64,000 bases of DNA from Deltaproteobacteria bacterium (GTDB lineage: Bacteria > Myxococcota > Kuafuiibacteriia > Kuafuiibacteriales > Kuafuiibacteriaceae), in assembly GCA_040218735.1 (NCBI GenBank), contig JAVJQW010000043.1, positions 160,001-224,000 of the forward strand, given 5' to 3'. How positions within the stretch are numbered: position 1 is the first letter of the stretch; every line of letters begins with the position of its first letter. The position numbers and the translations under genes are program-made. Below, piece after piece: positions 33,520-43,001 of the stretch. Under the pieces are notes generated by a model. That model was not told the origin of the DNA. It searched no databases and worked only from the letters and a program-made list of their open reading frames with translations.

Positions 33520-34617
33520 TTACACGACCCCGCGGTCCTTCACCGCCTGCAGCGCCATGCGCGAGACGGCGGTCCACGCCGGCGGCGAAGGATATTGGGG
33601 CTGTGCGGGGGGCGGCGGGAGCGTCGCCTTCCACCGCTCGAGCGGGAGGTCGCGGAACGTCGCGACGCGGAAGCGATCGGGGTGCGCCGCGAGGTGGCGA
33701 AGGAACGCGCGCAGCCGATGGAGGTTGAACCAGTCGAGCCGCGCGTCGGTGTACTGGTAGTTCGTCGTCCGAATGAGCCGGAACGAGTGCGTGAGCGTGC
33801 AGCACACGCGCATGCCGAGCTCGTACATCTCGTCGACCGCGGCGATCATCTCGGCCGCGTTGAGCGACGACAGCTCGAACGGTCGCATCGCGCGCTTGGG
33901 GCCGCGGGTGAACAGGTTCGTGGTCGGCACCTCCAGCACGCCGTTGTCGAGCATCGCGACGTCGTTGAGCTTCGGCGTCAGCGAGAACGGGCTGACGCCG
34001 TTCGCCACCGCCCAGACGTTGTAGCTGGAGTCGATCGGGATCTGGAGCGCCGCGCACGCCTCGGTCGCGACCTCGTCGCTCGCAAAACCTCCGGAGCGAA
34101 ACGCGATCGGCCGCACGCCCGTCCAACGCTCGAGGTCCGCCGCGCCCTCTTCGAGGTACGCGCGCTGCGCCGCGGCGTCGTAGGAATGGAGGTGGGCCGA
34201 GGGCTTCGTCATCTCGCCCGCGCGCACCGCCTCGAGGTTCATCTTGAACTCGGGGTGCACGTGGAGCTCGACGCTGTGGCCGCGGTCGACGATCGCCTTC
34301 GCCGCGGCCGCGAGCGGCGCCTCGCCGACGATGTTCTTCGCGAAAGGCTCGTAGAAGAACACCCCGCGCATGCCGTGCGCCTCGAAGGCGTCCATGAAGC
34401 ACTCGATCCCGAACGTCCCGGAGTCGAGGCGCCCCCAGATGCGGACGTCCGGTCCGATCGGTTGCACGCTGTGGTCGTTCAGCGCGCCGCCCATCGAGAT
34501 CTCCGTGTCGATCGTGAACAACACGTAGAGCGGCTCGCCGTCGGGGCGCGGGTGTGGGGGTGGCCGGCGCCGCGAGAGATCCAGCAGCGTCTGGCGCGCG
34601 CGATCCGCGAGTTTCAT
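33520..34617 (-). CDS. Polysaccharide deacetylase-like protein (CE4 superfamily)
   Basis: FTIDTE, GHSVELHVHP, AFRSGGF, IDSS, LEVP, LTHSF. ATG overlaps the mpl stop. Confidence 0.8.
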   Translation of the reverse strand: MKLADRARQTLLDLSRRRPPPHPRPDGEPLYVLFTIDTEISMGGALNDHSVQPIGPDVRIWGRLDSGTFGIECFMDAFEAHGMRGVFFYEPFAKNIVGEAPLAAAAKAIVDRGHSVELHVHPEFKMNLEAVRAGEMTKPSAHLHSYDAAAQRAYLEEGAADLERWTGVRPIAFRSGGFASDEVATEACAALQIPIDSSYNVWAVANGVSPFSLTPKLNDVAMLDNGVLEVPTTNLFTRGPKRAMRPFELSSLNAAEMIAAVDEMYELGMRVCCTLTHSFRLIRTTNYQYTDARLDWFNLHRLRAFLRHLAAHPDRFRVATFRDLPLERWKATLPPPPAQPQYPSPPAWTAVSRMALQAVKDRGVV

Positions 34618-36011
34618 CGCGACCTCAGAGCCTCCTCGATCTTCGCGTAGATCCCGCCGAAGCCCCCGTTGCTCATGAAGAGGAGGGTGTCGCCTGCGCG
34701 TGCTTCGGCCTCGAGCGTCGCGACGATCGCGTCGACCTCTTCGATGTGCCGCGCCGTGCTCCCGTTCCCGCGTATCGCCTCGACCAACGCGCCGGTGTCG
34801 AGCTTCTCGGCGGCGTCGAGCTCCTTGCGCCCGACCGCTGCGATGATCGTCTCGGACGCTGCGGCGAACGCCGTCGCGTATGCGTCCTGGAAGAACTTCC
34901 GCGACGACGTCGCGGTGCGCGGCTCGAAGATCGCGAACAGCCGCCCCTCCGGGTAACGGGCGCGCACCGCCGCGATCGTCTCCGCGACGGCGGTGGGGTG
35001 GTGCGCGAAGTCGTCGATCACCCGCACGCCGTCGATCACCGCGCGCACCGTCTGGCGCCGCGCGACCCCCTGGAAGGACTCGAAGCCCTCGCGGATCTCG
35101 GAGACCGACAGCCCCGCCGACAAACCGAACGCCGCGGCGACCACCGCGTTCTCGACGTTGTGGGTGCCGGCGAGCGGGAGGTCGAAGCGCCCCAGCCGCA
35201 CGTTGCCGTTGAACAGCGAGAACGACGAGCCCTCCGGCGTCGTCTCGACGTCGCGCGCGGCCCAATTCGCATCGCCGCGCGCCGAGTAGGTCACGACGTC
35301 GGCGCGCGCGGCGCGCACCTGCTGAAGCGCGCGGGGCGCCGTGGCGCAGACGTAGATCTTCCCGTCGGGCGGGACGAGCGCGACGACCTTCGCGAACTCG
35401 CGCTCGATCGATTCGACGTCGTCGTAGATGTCGGCGTGGTCGAACTCGAGCGAAGTGATGATCAGCGTCTGCGGTCGGTAGTGGAGGAACTTGGGGACCT
35501 TGTCGAAGTACGCGGTGTCGTACTCGTCGCCCTCGACGACGAAGTGCTCGCCGCCGCCGAGCCGGAAGCCTTCGTCGAAGTTGCCCGGGACGCCACCGAC
35601 CAGCATCCCTGGATCGCGTCCGGCCGAGGCGAGGAGCCAAGCGATGAGGCTCGTGGTGGTCGTCTTGCCGTGTGTGCCGGACACCACGACGCTGTGTTTG
35701 TCGGCGAGGAACAGATCGCCGAGCGCCTTCGGGAACGAGGTGTACTCGAGCTCGCGCGCGACGACCGCTTCGGCTTCGGGGTTGGTGCGGCGGATGACGT
35801 TGCCGACGACGACGAGGTCGGGGCCCCAGTCGAGGTTCTCGGGCCGGTAGCCCTTCATCACGTCGATGCCCCACGCCGCGAGTTTGTCGGACATCGGCGG
35901 GTAGACGTTTTCGTCGCTGCCGCGCACTTCGTAGCCGGCGCGTTGCAGGAGGCCAGCGAAGCTCCCCATGCCGGTGCCGCAGATCCCCATCAGGTGGATG
36001 GTTCGAACCAC
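34614..36011 (-). CDS. mpl: Murein tripeptide ligase (UDP-MurNAc:L-Ala-gamma-D-Glu-meso-DAP ligase)
   Basis: GICGTGMG, YPPMS, GTHGKTTT, EGDEYDTAYFDK, EFDHADIY, DDFAHHPTA, EPR, MSNGGFGGI. Confidence 0.93.
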   Translation of the reverse strand: MVRTIHLMGICGTGMGSFAGLLQRAGYEVRGSDENVYPPMSDKLAAWGIDVMKGYRPENLDWGPDLVVVGNVIRRTNPEAEAVVARELEYTSFPKALGDLFLADKHSVVVSGTHGKTTTTSLIAWLLASAGRDPGMLVGGVPGNFDEGFRLGGGEHFVVEGDEYDTAYFDKVPKFLHYRPQTLIITSLEFDHADIYDDVESIEREFAKVVALVPPDGKIYVCATAPRALQQVRAARADVVTYSARGDANWAARDVETTPEGSSFSLFNGNVRLGRFDLPLAGTHNVENAVVAAAFGLSAGLSVSEIREGFESFQGVARRQTVRAVIDGVRVIDDFAHHPTAVAETIAAVRARYPEGRLFAIFEPRTATSSRKFFQDAYATAFAAASETIIAAVGRKELDAAEKLDTGALVEAIRGNGSTARHIEEVDAIVATLEAEARAGDTLLFMSNGGFGGIYAKIEEALRSR

Positions 36012-36058
36012 GGACCGGAGCTTACCGCCCGACGTTCGTCAGGCCCAACGTCGACGAG

Positions 36059-36904
36059 CTAACGGCGGAAAGACCGACGGCGATTGTCGTAGGCCTTCAT
36101 GATCGCATCGAACTCCGCCGCGCTGGCGGGGGCTTTCTCGATGCCGAACTTGGGCTCGCCGTTCTCCGGCTGGTTCCACCACATGACGTGGACGTTGTCC
36201 TCGCCGTCCTGGGGCGCCACGAAGCGCATCCCGCGGCGCGACTCTTCGTTCGTGCCGAGCTGGTGGCGGCCGACGACCTCCGGTTGGCCCTGGGCGTCGT
36301 CGACCCAGAGGTCGAACCACGACTTGTCGGGCTTGGCGCCCATGCCGGACTCCGCGGCCTTGCGCGCGTCGACGAAGGAGCCGTGCTCGCGTGCGACGAC
36401 GTCCGGCGTCTGCCCCTGCTCACCCATCGCGGTGACGTGCCCGACGAGCCGCGTGAGCGCGAGCTGTCCGGCGTCGACCGCGGCCTTTTCGAGTTTCTTG
36501 CGGGTCTTCGGATCCGAGAGCTGATCCGTGAGGGCGCGGCTGGACGCGCTCCACAGGCGCGCCGCGGTCGCGGAGAACGTCTGCTCGGCCGCCTCCGCCG
36601 CGACCTTCTCGCCGACCTTGACGCCCGCCTTCGTCCCGACCTTCGAAGCCGTGGTCCCGGCCTTACCGACGGCGCCCGCGACGGGGATCAGCTGGATGAT
36701 CCCGCCGATCAGTCGCCCGGCGTCGCCGTCCCGGACCCCCGCGAAGATGTCCTTGGCGCCTTTGACTTCGCCGAGGCCCGGTACGAGCGCTCCGGCGATG
36801 TCGCCCGCGATGCGCGCGGCGCTCGATCCCTCGGGGGCTTCTCCCACGAAGCCGCCCAGGAAGTCGGCCACGGCATTCGGGGATTTGTTGACGGCGTCCG
36901 CCAC
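36059..36904 (-). CDS. Pre-toxin TG (PT-TG)-like domain protein with putative C-terminal toxin domain
   Basis: GDIAGALVPGLGEVKGAKDI...LIPVAGAVGK is PT-TG-like. GTG start at 36904 follows a TGnTACAAT -10 box. Confidence 0.6.
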   Translation of the reverse strand: MADAVNKSPNAVADFLGGFVGEAPEGSSAARIAGDIAGALVPGLGEVKGAKDIFAGVRDGDAGRLIGGIIQLIPVAGAVGKAGTTASKVGTKAGVKVGEKVAAEAAEQTFSATAARLWSASSRALTDQLSDPKTRKKLEKAAVDAGQLALTRLVGHVTAMGEQGQTPDVVAREHGSFVDARKAAESGMGAKPDKSWFDLWVDDAQGQPEVVGRHQLGTNEESRRGMRFVAPQDGEDNVHVMWWNQPENGEPKFGIEKAPASAAEFDAIMKAYDNRRRSFRR

Positions 36905-37039
36905 GTGTCCGGCATTGTAGCAGATTCGAGCACCACGGGAACGACGATCACTGAAGCCCCCTGAATCACGGGGCGATCCCGGCGGCCGAGGGGCGGACTG
37001 TCGTTGTTGTCCGGATCCCCGTAGCGTCGTATTCGGGCA

Positions 37040-39700
37040 GTGGAGCGCCTGAACCGGATGGCGAACACCGAGCTGACTTCGAACCACGCGGTCGCGGAGC
37101 TGATCAACCTCGCGGACCGCGCGGAGGCGCAGGGCGATCTCGCCGAGCGCCGTGCGTTCGTCGAGCGCGCCACGGAGCTGCTCGTCCAATCCGGAGACGT
37201 TCAAGCTGCGATCGATCTCGCCGCCGCCAAGAACGAAGCCGAGCTCGGCGCCGAGATCGCCGAACGCGCGGGCGATGAACGCCGCGCCGCGCAGCTGTAC
37301 GCAGAGACCGGCAACAACGTACGCGCCGCACGCGCCCGCGAGCGCAACGGTGAACCGGCGCTCGCCGCGGAGCTGTGGGAACGCGCCGGTCGCTTCGCGC
37401 GCGCGGCGTCCATTCACGAGACACTCGGCGACTTCGTCCGCGCCTCCAAACTGTACGACAAGAGCGGTGAGAAGAAGCGCGCCGCCGACCTTCTGGTTCG
37501 CGCGCTGTCCGGGGACGGAACACGACGGCTCCTCGGTCCCGCTGCGAACGAAGCGTGTCGCGAGGCCGGGAAACTCTACGCCGACGACGGCCACCTCGAC
37601 CTCGCGGTACGCGTCCTGAAGTGGGGCCGCGAGATGGTCCTCGCGAGTCAGCTCCTTCTGCGCGAAGGGCGGCACGATGACGCCGTCGATCTCCTCGTCG
37701 AAGCCGGTCACCTCCTCGACGCCGCCGAAGCCGCGCGCCAGGCGGGCGACGAAAAACGTGCGCATCGACTCCTCGCGAAGCGGGCCGAAGAGGAGGGGCG
37801 TCTCAAGGAGGCCGCGGAGCACCTCGAGGAGGCGGAAGACTTCGAGCGCGCGGGCGGACTGTACGAGCTCGCCGAAGCGCTCGACCGCGCCGCCGCCGCC
37901 TTCGAGCGCGCGGGGCGCTTCGAGACCGCCGCGCAGCACTACCAACGCATCGGTCGCCCTAACGAGGCCGCGCGTTGCCTCCGTGCGGCCGGTCGGACGA
38001 GCGACGCGATGGACGTCGAGACGCAGAGCGGCTCCGACGACTCCCTCGAACGGCTCGTCGCGCGGGGCGCGTACCTCGACGCCGCGAAGGCAGCGCTCGC
38101 GCACGCCCGTGCCGGTGAAACAGAGCGGTACGTCGACGCGGTCCAGTATCTGGAGCGCGTGCCGAACGATCACGCCGACGGCCTCGCCGCGCGCACGTTG
38201 CTCGCCGAGGTCCTCGCGGAGTCGGGTGAGCCGAAGCGCGCGTTGATGGTGCTCCAGCGGATGTTCGTCGGGCTGCGCCCCACCGCCGCGCACGTCCCCG
38301 CGATGTACCAGTACGGACGGCTGCTCGAGCGCGAGGGTTATCTGGCCGGCGCGCGTAACGCGTACCGCACGGCGGCGTCGTTCGGCGCGCCGCACCGTGA
38401 TCTCGAAGAGCGGCTCGCGCGCCTCGCGAACGAACAGGCGGAGACGCCGAAGCCGGAGCACGTGGTGGCCTCGATGCGTCCCGTGCCGACCGCGCCGATG
38501 GTCGTCGGAGGACCGCGGGTCCCGCGCGCCGCGTCGAGCGTCGCGCACCTGATGCCGCCGATCGCGGCGGAGACCTCGTCCGCGTCGGACACGATGTCGC
38601 TGATCGATCAGGAGCTGCGGTCGCTGACCGGCAACTTCCGGATCGACGCGCCGGACGACGCACGTCCCGGCATGCGCTCCAGCGGGTCGTCGCCGGAGGT
38701 CGAGGCCGAGGAGGAGCCCGACGTCCTCCCCGCCGAGGACGTGGTCGAGGTCCTCGAAGAGCAGTCCTCCGAGACTGCGCGACCGGACGCGTTGATGGGG
38801 CGCGTGCTGCGCGGGCGCTTCCGGATCGAGAAGAAGCTCGGCCGCGGCGCGCAGGCGCTCGTCTACCTCGCGCGCGACCAGGTGCTCGACCGCGCCGTTG
38901 CGATCAAGGTGCTCAACGAGTCGGTCGCGGCGGACGAGACCGCGCTCGATCGTTTCCTCCGCGAAGCGCGCATGGCGGCGCGCGTGCACCACGTCGGCTG
39001 CCTCGCGATCTACGACTTCGGTCAGGAGTCCGGGCTGACCTTCATGGCGATGGAGTACTTCAAGGGGCGCACCGTGCGTGACCTCGTGAAGCGCGGCCCG
39101 ATGGACGTGTATCTCGTGCTGCGGATCGCCGGCGACGTCGCGTCGGCGCTCGGCGCGGTGCACGAGGCCGGCATCATCCACCGCGACGTGAAGCCGACGA
39201 ACGTGATGGTCGACCGCAACGGCAACGTTCGGCTCACCGACTTCGGCGTCGCGCGCTCGCAGGGTGACGAGAGCTCCAGCGGGATGATGGTCGGGACGAT
39301 GAAGTACATGGCGCCCGAGCAGGCGCGCGGCAAGGAAGCCGACCAGCGCGCCGACATCTTCAGCCTCGGCGTCATGATGTTCGAGATGCTCGTCGGCAAG
39401 CCGCCTTTCGGGGGCTCGCTCGACGCGCTGATCGCCCGCGTCACGAAGCCACCGCCTCCGCTCCCCGAGGAGCTCGACATACCCGAGGACGTCACGAAGA
39501 TCGTGATGAAGTGCATGCAGCGCAAGCCGACGCAGCGCTACCGGAACGTGTCGCAGCTGGTGGACGCGATGTCGGCGGCGCGCACGCGCATCAAGGCGGA
39601 GCGCGCGACGAGCGCGGACCTGCGCTCGGACGACATCGAAGTCGCCGACGACGACTCCGAGGATCCGACGCAGGACGGCTACCCGGGGCTCGAAGAGTAG
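37040..39700 (+). CDS. Cytoplasmic Ser/Thr kinase with N-terminal TPR/SNAP-like helical repeats
   Basis: AAxLyExAG-type repeats; GRGAQALVY, VAIK, HRDVKPTN, DFG, YMAPEQ; no TM helix. Confidence 0.9.
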   Translation: MERLNRMANTELTSNHAVAELINLADRAEAQGDLAERRAFVERATELLVQSGDVQAAIDLAAAKNEAELGAEIAERAGDERRAAQLYAETGNNVRAARARERNGEPALAAELWERAGRFARAASIHETLGDFVRASKLYDKSGEKKRAADLLVRALSGDGTRRLLGPAANEACREAGKLYADDGHLDLAVRVLKWGREMVLASQLLLREGRHDDAVDLLVEAGHLLDAAEAARQAGDEKRAHRLLAKRAEEEGRLKEAAEHLEEAEDFERAGGLYELAEALDRAAAAFERAGRFETAAQHYQRIGRPNEAARCLRAAGRTSDAMDVETQSGSDDSLERLVARGAYLDAAKAALAHARAGETERYVDAVQYLERVPNDHADGLAARTLLAEVLAESGEPKRALMVLQRMFVGLRPTAAHVPAMYQYGRLLEREGYLAGARNAYRTAASFGAPHRDLEERLARLANEQAETPKPEHVVASMRPVPTAPMVVGGPRVPRAASSVAHLMPPIAAETSSASDTMSLIDQELRSLTGNFRIDAPDDARPGMRSSGSSPEVEAEEEPDVLPAEDVVEVLEEQSSETARPDALMGRVLRGRFRIEKKLGRGAQALVYLARDQVLDRAVAIKVLNESVAADETALDRFLREARMAARVHHVGCLAIYDFGQESGLTFMAMEYFKGRTVRDLVKRGPMDVYLVLRIAGDVASALGAVHEAGIIHRDVKPTNVMVDRNGNVRLTDFGVARSQGDESSSGMMVGTMKYMAPEQARGKEADQRADIFSLGVMMFEMLVGKPPFGGSLDALIARVTKPPPPLPEELDIPEDVTKIVMKCMQRKPTQRYRNVSQLVDAMSAARTRIKAERATSADLRSDDIEVADDDSEDPTQDGYPGLEE

Positions 39701-39761
39701 GTCAGGGGCGCTCGACGTCCCTCAGCATTTCGCTCGCGCGGCTGTCCGACGGACGCGCACC

Positions 39762-40523
39762 TCAGAGCTCGGTGGGCTCGAGGATCTCATCCCATAACAC
39801 GAACGCCTCGCCACACTTGGGACAGTGCACGGTTCCCATCAGCGAGCGCAGCTTCGCTGCGAGCGTCGGGTAGCCGTGATGCTCCGCGATGCCTGCCATC
39901 TGCGCGGGGGCCGTCGGGTCGGTCCACTCCGTGTCGGCTTCGAGGTGATTCGGTGGTTCGATCGGTGACGAGGGGCCGAACTCGTTGCCGGGGAGGAAGA
40001 GTGGCGTCCATCCATCGCCGTGATGGTCGAGGTAGAGCTCGACGCCGCAGCTGTCCCCCGGACAGCGCGTCTGAATCGTAGAGCCATCGACGAAGGTCAT
40101 CAGGGCCTCCGCCGCCCGATGGACTCCGCGCAGAGCCAGCGCCGTCCATACAAGGGCTGCGGCTTCGTCGTCCGTGACGTCGGCGCGGAGCGCTTCGACC
40201 ACCAACTCGCGCGCGCTCGCACATGCGCGGTCGTAGGCCTCGGCGAGCTTCGACGGCACCTCGACATCCCCAGCCGCTACCATGCCGACGAACGTGAGGT
40301 GCTCGACGCGTTCGTTTGCGGCGCGTAGCGACGCGATCGACACGACGTGCGGGACCGCGGCGAACGCAGCCTCGAACGGAGTGCCCTGCGGGCACAGTGA
40401 ACCGTACAGCTCCGACCAGACGTCTGCGCGCCGTGCGAGCGCAAGCAGCAGCGAAGGAACCTCGCTTGCGTTGCCGTAGGCGTCGGCGAGGTTCGCCCAG
40501 GAGTGTGCGTCAAGCGGAAGCAT
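39762..40523 (-). CDS. Hypothetical HEAT-like protein with Cys pairs
   Basis: WANLADAYGNASEVP, LCPQGT, AAVPH; CPGDSC and CPKCG could bind zinc. Confidence 0.65.
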   Translation of the reverse strand: MLPLDAHSWANLADAYGNASEVPSLLLALARRADVWSELYGSLCPQGTPFEAAFAAVPHVVSIASLRAANERVEHLTFVGMVAAGDVEVPSKLAEAYDRACASARELVVEALRADVTDDEAAALVWTALALRGVHRAAEALMTFVDGSTIQTRCPGDSCGVELYLDHHGDGWTPLFLPGNEFGPSSPIEPPNHLEADTEWTDPTAPAQMAGIAEHHGYPTLAAKLRSLMGTVHCPKCGEAFVLWDEILEPTEL

Positions 40524-40529
40524 GGCCTG

Positions 40530-41939
40530 TTAGCGGTCGCCGACCAACACGCGCACGCGTCCGCGCCCCGGCCACCGAATCGGGGATGACAAGGCGATCG
40601 CCACGCAGCGGCGGAAGCGCTCCGCGTTTGCGTCGCGCGGAGCGACGGACAGCGACGTGCCGGAGGCGTTCACGTCGAACGTGAGCGCGAGCCTTCGGCC
40701 TTCGTCTTCACCGCGCTGCGTAGTCTCGTGGCACTCGAAGAACTTCGGCGCTGCGGTGCGGACCGCGAAGTCCAACGCTTCGGCGTCCGCGAAGCCCTCG
40801 GCGCCCTCGATCGCGATGACGCGCAAGCCCTCTTGCACGCCGGCGTCGCGGAAGATCTCGACGGAGGTCGTCGTGCCAGTCTCCGTCCCGTCGAGTTGAT
40901 CCGACGACACCGCGTCGACCTGCGTCCCTCCGTCGCGCGCGATACGTTCGATCGGCGGCGTCTCGACGCGAGGCTCCAGCGCGACGTACGCGGCCACCGC
41001 CGCCGCCGCCGCGAGGATCGGCGCGAGCCACAGCAGCGGGGAGGGGCCGCGGTGCTCTTCGCGGTCCTCGAGCATCGCTTCGATCTCCCCGGCGAGCGCC
41101 GCCGCGCTCGGGCCACGGTTTTCGGGCTCCTTGTCGAGGAGGCGGAGGATCAGCGCTTCGACGTCGGAGGGGAGGTCCGGCCTCGCGCCGACCTGACTCG
41201 GGCGCGGCGGGGTCTCCAGGCCGTGCCCCGCGATCTGCGCGATGGGCTCGCCGCCGAACGGCACCTCGCCGGTGAGGCAGTGGAACGCGACCACGGCGAG
41301 GCTGTAGAGATCCGCGCGACCGTCGAGCGGCTTCGCAAACGCCTGCTCCGGCGACAGATACGCCGGCGTCCCGAGCACCACGCCGGCCATCGTGGGGGGC
41401 GTCGCGCCGGGGCCCTTGCGGGGCTCGATCTTCTGACCCGGCGTGACCTTCGCGACCCCGAAGTCGAGGACCTTCACGACCTCCTGCGCCATGACGTCCT
41501 GCAGGAAGATGTTCGCGGGTTTGAGGTCGCGGTGGACGACGCCGACCGCGTGCGCCTCCGCGAGGGAGCGGCACACGTCGCGCATCAGGCCAAGCACCCG
41601 GCGCCACGGCAGAGGCCCCTCGTCGCGGATGACCTTCGACAGCGGCCGGCCCTCCAGAAGCTCGGTGACCAGGTAGAGCAGGCCGTCGGTGGTCGCGCCG
41701 TAGTCGATCAGCTTGAGCGTGTTGGGGTGATTGAGGCGCGAGATGATCTTCGCTTCGCTCTCGAAGCGCGCGACGAGTTTGTCGTCGCCGCGATCCTCGG
41801 GGAGCATCACCTTGATCGCGACGGCGCGATCCACGTTGAGCTGGCGGCCACGGTACACCGTGGCCATGCCGCCGATCGCGAGCGGTTCGACGATTTCGTA
41901 GCGGCCGTCGAGGACGCGTCCGACGAGCTCGTCGGCCAT
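40530..41939 (-). CDS. Membrane Ser/Thr protein kinase
   Basis: GGMATVY, VAIK, HRDLKPAN, DFG, GTPAYLSPEQ; TM LLWLAPILAAAAAVAAYVAL. Confidence 0.92.
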   Translation of the reverse strand: MADELVGRVLDGRYEIVEPLAIGGMATVYRGRQLNVDRAVAIKVMLPEDRGDDKLVARFESEAKIISRLNHPNTLKLIDYGATTDGLLYLVTELLEGRPLSKVIRDEGPLPWRRVLGLMRDVCRSLAEAHAVGVVHRDLKPANIFLQDVMAQEVVKVLDFGVAKVTPGQKIEPRKGPGATPPTMAGVVLGTPAYLSPEQAFAKPLDGRADLYSLAVVAFHCLTGEVPFGGEPIAQIAGHGLETPPRPSQVGARPDLPSDVEALILRLLDKEPENRGPSAAALAGEIEAMLEDREEHRGPSPLLWLAPILAAAAAVAAYVALEPRVETPPIERIARDGGTQVDAVSSDQLDGTETGTTTSVEIFRDAGVQEGLRVIAIEGAEGFADAEALDFAVRTAAPKFFECHETTQRGEDEGRRLALTFDVNASGTSLSVAPRDANAERFRRCVAIALSSPIRWPGRGRVRVLVGDR

Positions 41940-41949
41940 GTCGTGCGGT

Positions 41950-42951
41950 TCAGCCCTTGAGCGATTCGGCGCCCGAGACGATCTCCATCAGCTCCGTGGT
42001 GATGGTCGCCTGACGCACGCGGTTCGCCTGCAGTGTGAGCTTGCCGATGAGGTCCTTTGCGTTGCGCGAGGCGGCGTCCATCGCGCTCATGCGCGCACCG
42101 TGCTCGGCCGCGGTGGACTCGAGGAGCGCACGCCAGATCTGCACGCCCATGTGCTGCGGGAGGAGTGTGTCGAGGACCTCGACCTGGCTCGGCTCGTAGA
42201 CGTGGTCGAAGCCGACCTGGTCGACCTCCAGGACCTCGGACGGGTTCCAGTCGCTGTCCGCGACCTCGAGCTGCTCGGCGGCGTTGTCGTGGCCAGCGAC
42301 GGCCGCGACGTTGCCCGACACCGCGGCGAGCTCGCCGACGCGCACGTTCGGGTCGTCCTTCCAGCCTTCGAGCGGGCGGATCGGGAGGAGCTGGTTGAGC
42401 GTGATGTTCTGCGAGATCGCGCTCTTGAACTCGTTGAACATCAGGTAGACCGCGTCGAGCTCACCGGTGCGGAAGCGCGTGGAGAGGTCGTCGGCGATCT
42501 CGGACGCGCGCTCGTAGGTGAGGTCGTCCCAGATGTCGTCGTAGGTCGCGGTGAGCGTGTAGCCCTTGCGACGGAAGTGGTCGCGCGCCTTGCGGCCGAT
42601 CGTCGAGACGCGGATCTCGTCGAACTCGTTCTCGTTCCGCTTCAGCCAGCGCTCCGCCGAACGGAGGATCGACGAGTTGAAGCCGCCGCACAGACCGCGG
42701 TTGGAGGACATCACCACGATCTCGACCCGGTGCGGCACGCGCAGCGAGAGGAGCGGGTGCGCCGAGACGTCCGCGGTGTTGACGATGTGCTGGAGCACCT
42801 CGTCCATGCGCATCGCGTAGGGGCGGGCCTGGATGATGGCGTTCTGGGCGCGGCGGAGCTTGGACGCCGCGACCATCTTCATCGCCTTGGTGATCTTCTC
42901 GGTGTTCTTGACCGCCTTGAGACGTTTGCGAAGGTCACGAAGGGTCGCCAT
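41950..42951 (-). CDS. atpG: F1 ATP synthase gamma subunit
   Basis: KITKAMKMVAASKLRRAQ, NRGLCGGFN, IGRK, EHGARMSAMDAASRNA, NRVRQATITTELMEIVSGA. Confidence 0.97.
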   Translation of the reverse strand: MATLRDLRKRLKAVKNTEKITKAMKMVAASKLRRAQNAIIQARPYAMRMDEVLQHIVNTADVSAHPLLSLRVPHRVEIVVMSSNRGLCGGFNSSILRSAERWLKRNENEFDEIRVSTIGRKARDHFRRKGYTLTATYDDIWDDLTYERASEIADDLSTRFRTGELDAVYLMFNEFKSAISQNITLNQLLPIRPLEGWKDDPNVRVGELAAVSGNVAAVAGHDNAAEQLEVADSDWNPSEVLEVDQVGFDHVYEPSQVEVLDTLLPQHMGVQIWRALLESTAAEHGARMSAMDAASRNAKDLIGKLTLQANRVRQATITTELMEIVSGAESLKG

Positions 42952-43001
42952 CGTGGGGCGCGATTAATGAATGGCGGCGCCCCGGTCAACCACTTTGGCG
43001 T

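Noticed and set aside
36059-39181. 1040-aa ORF suggesting a large polymorphic toxin
   Set aside because: The upstream ~760 codons are antisense to the kinase; only 36059-36904 looks like real protein.
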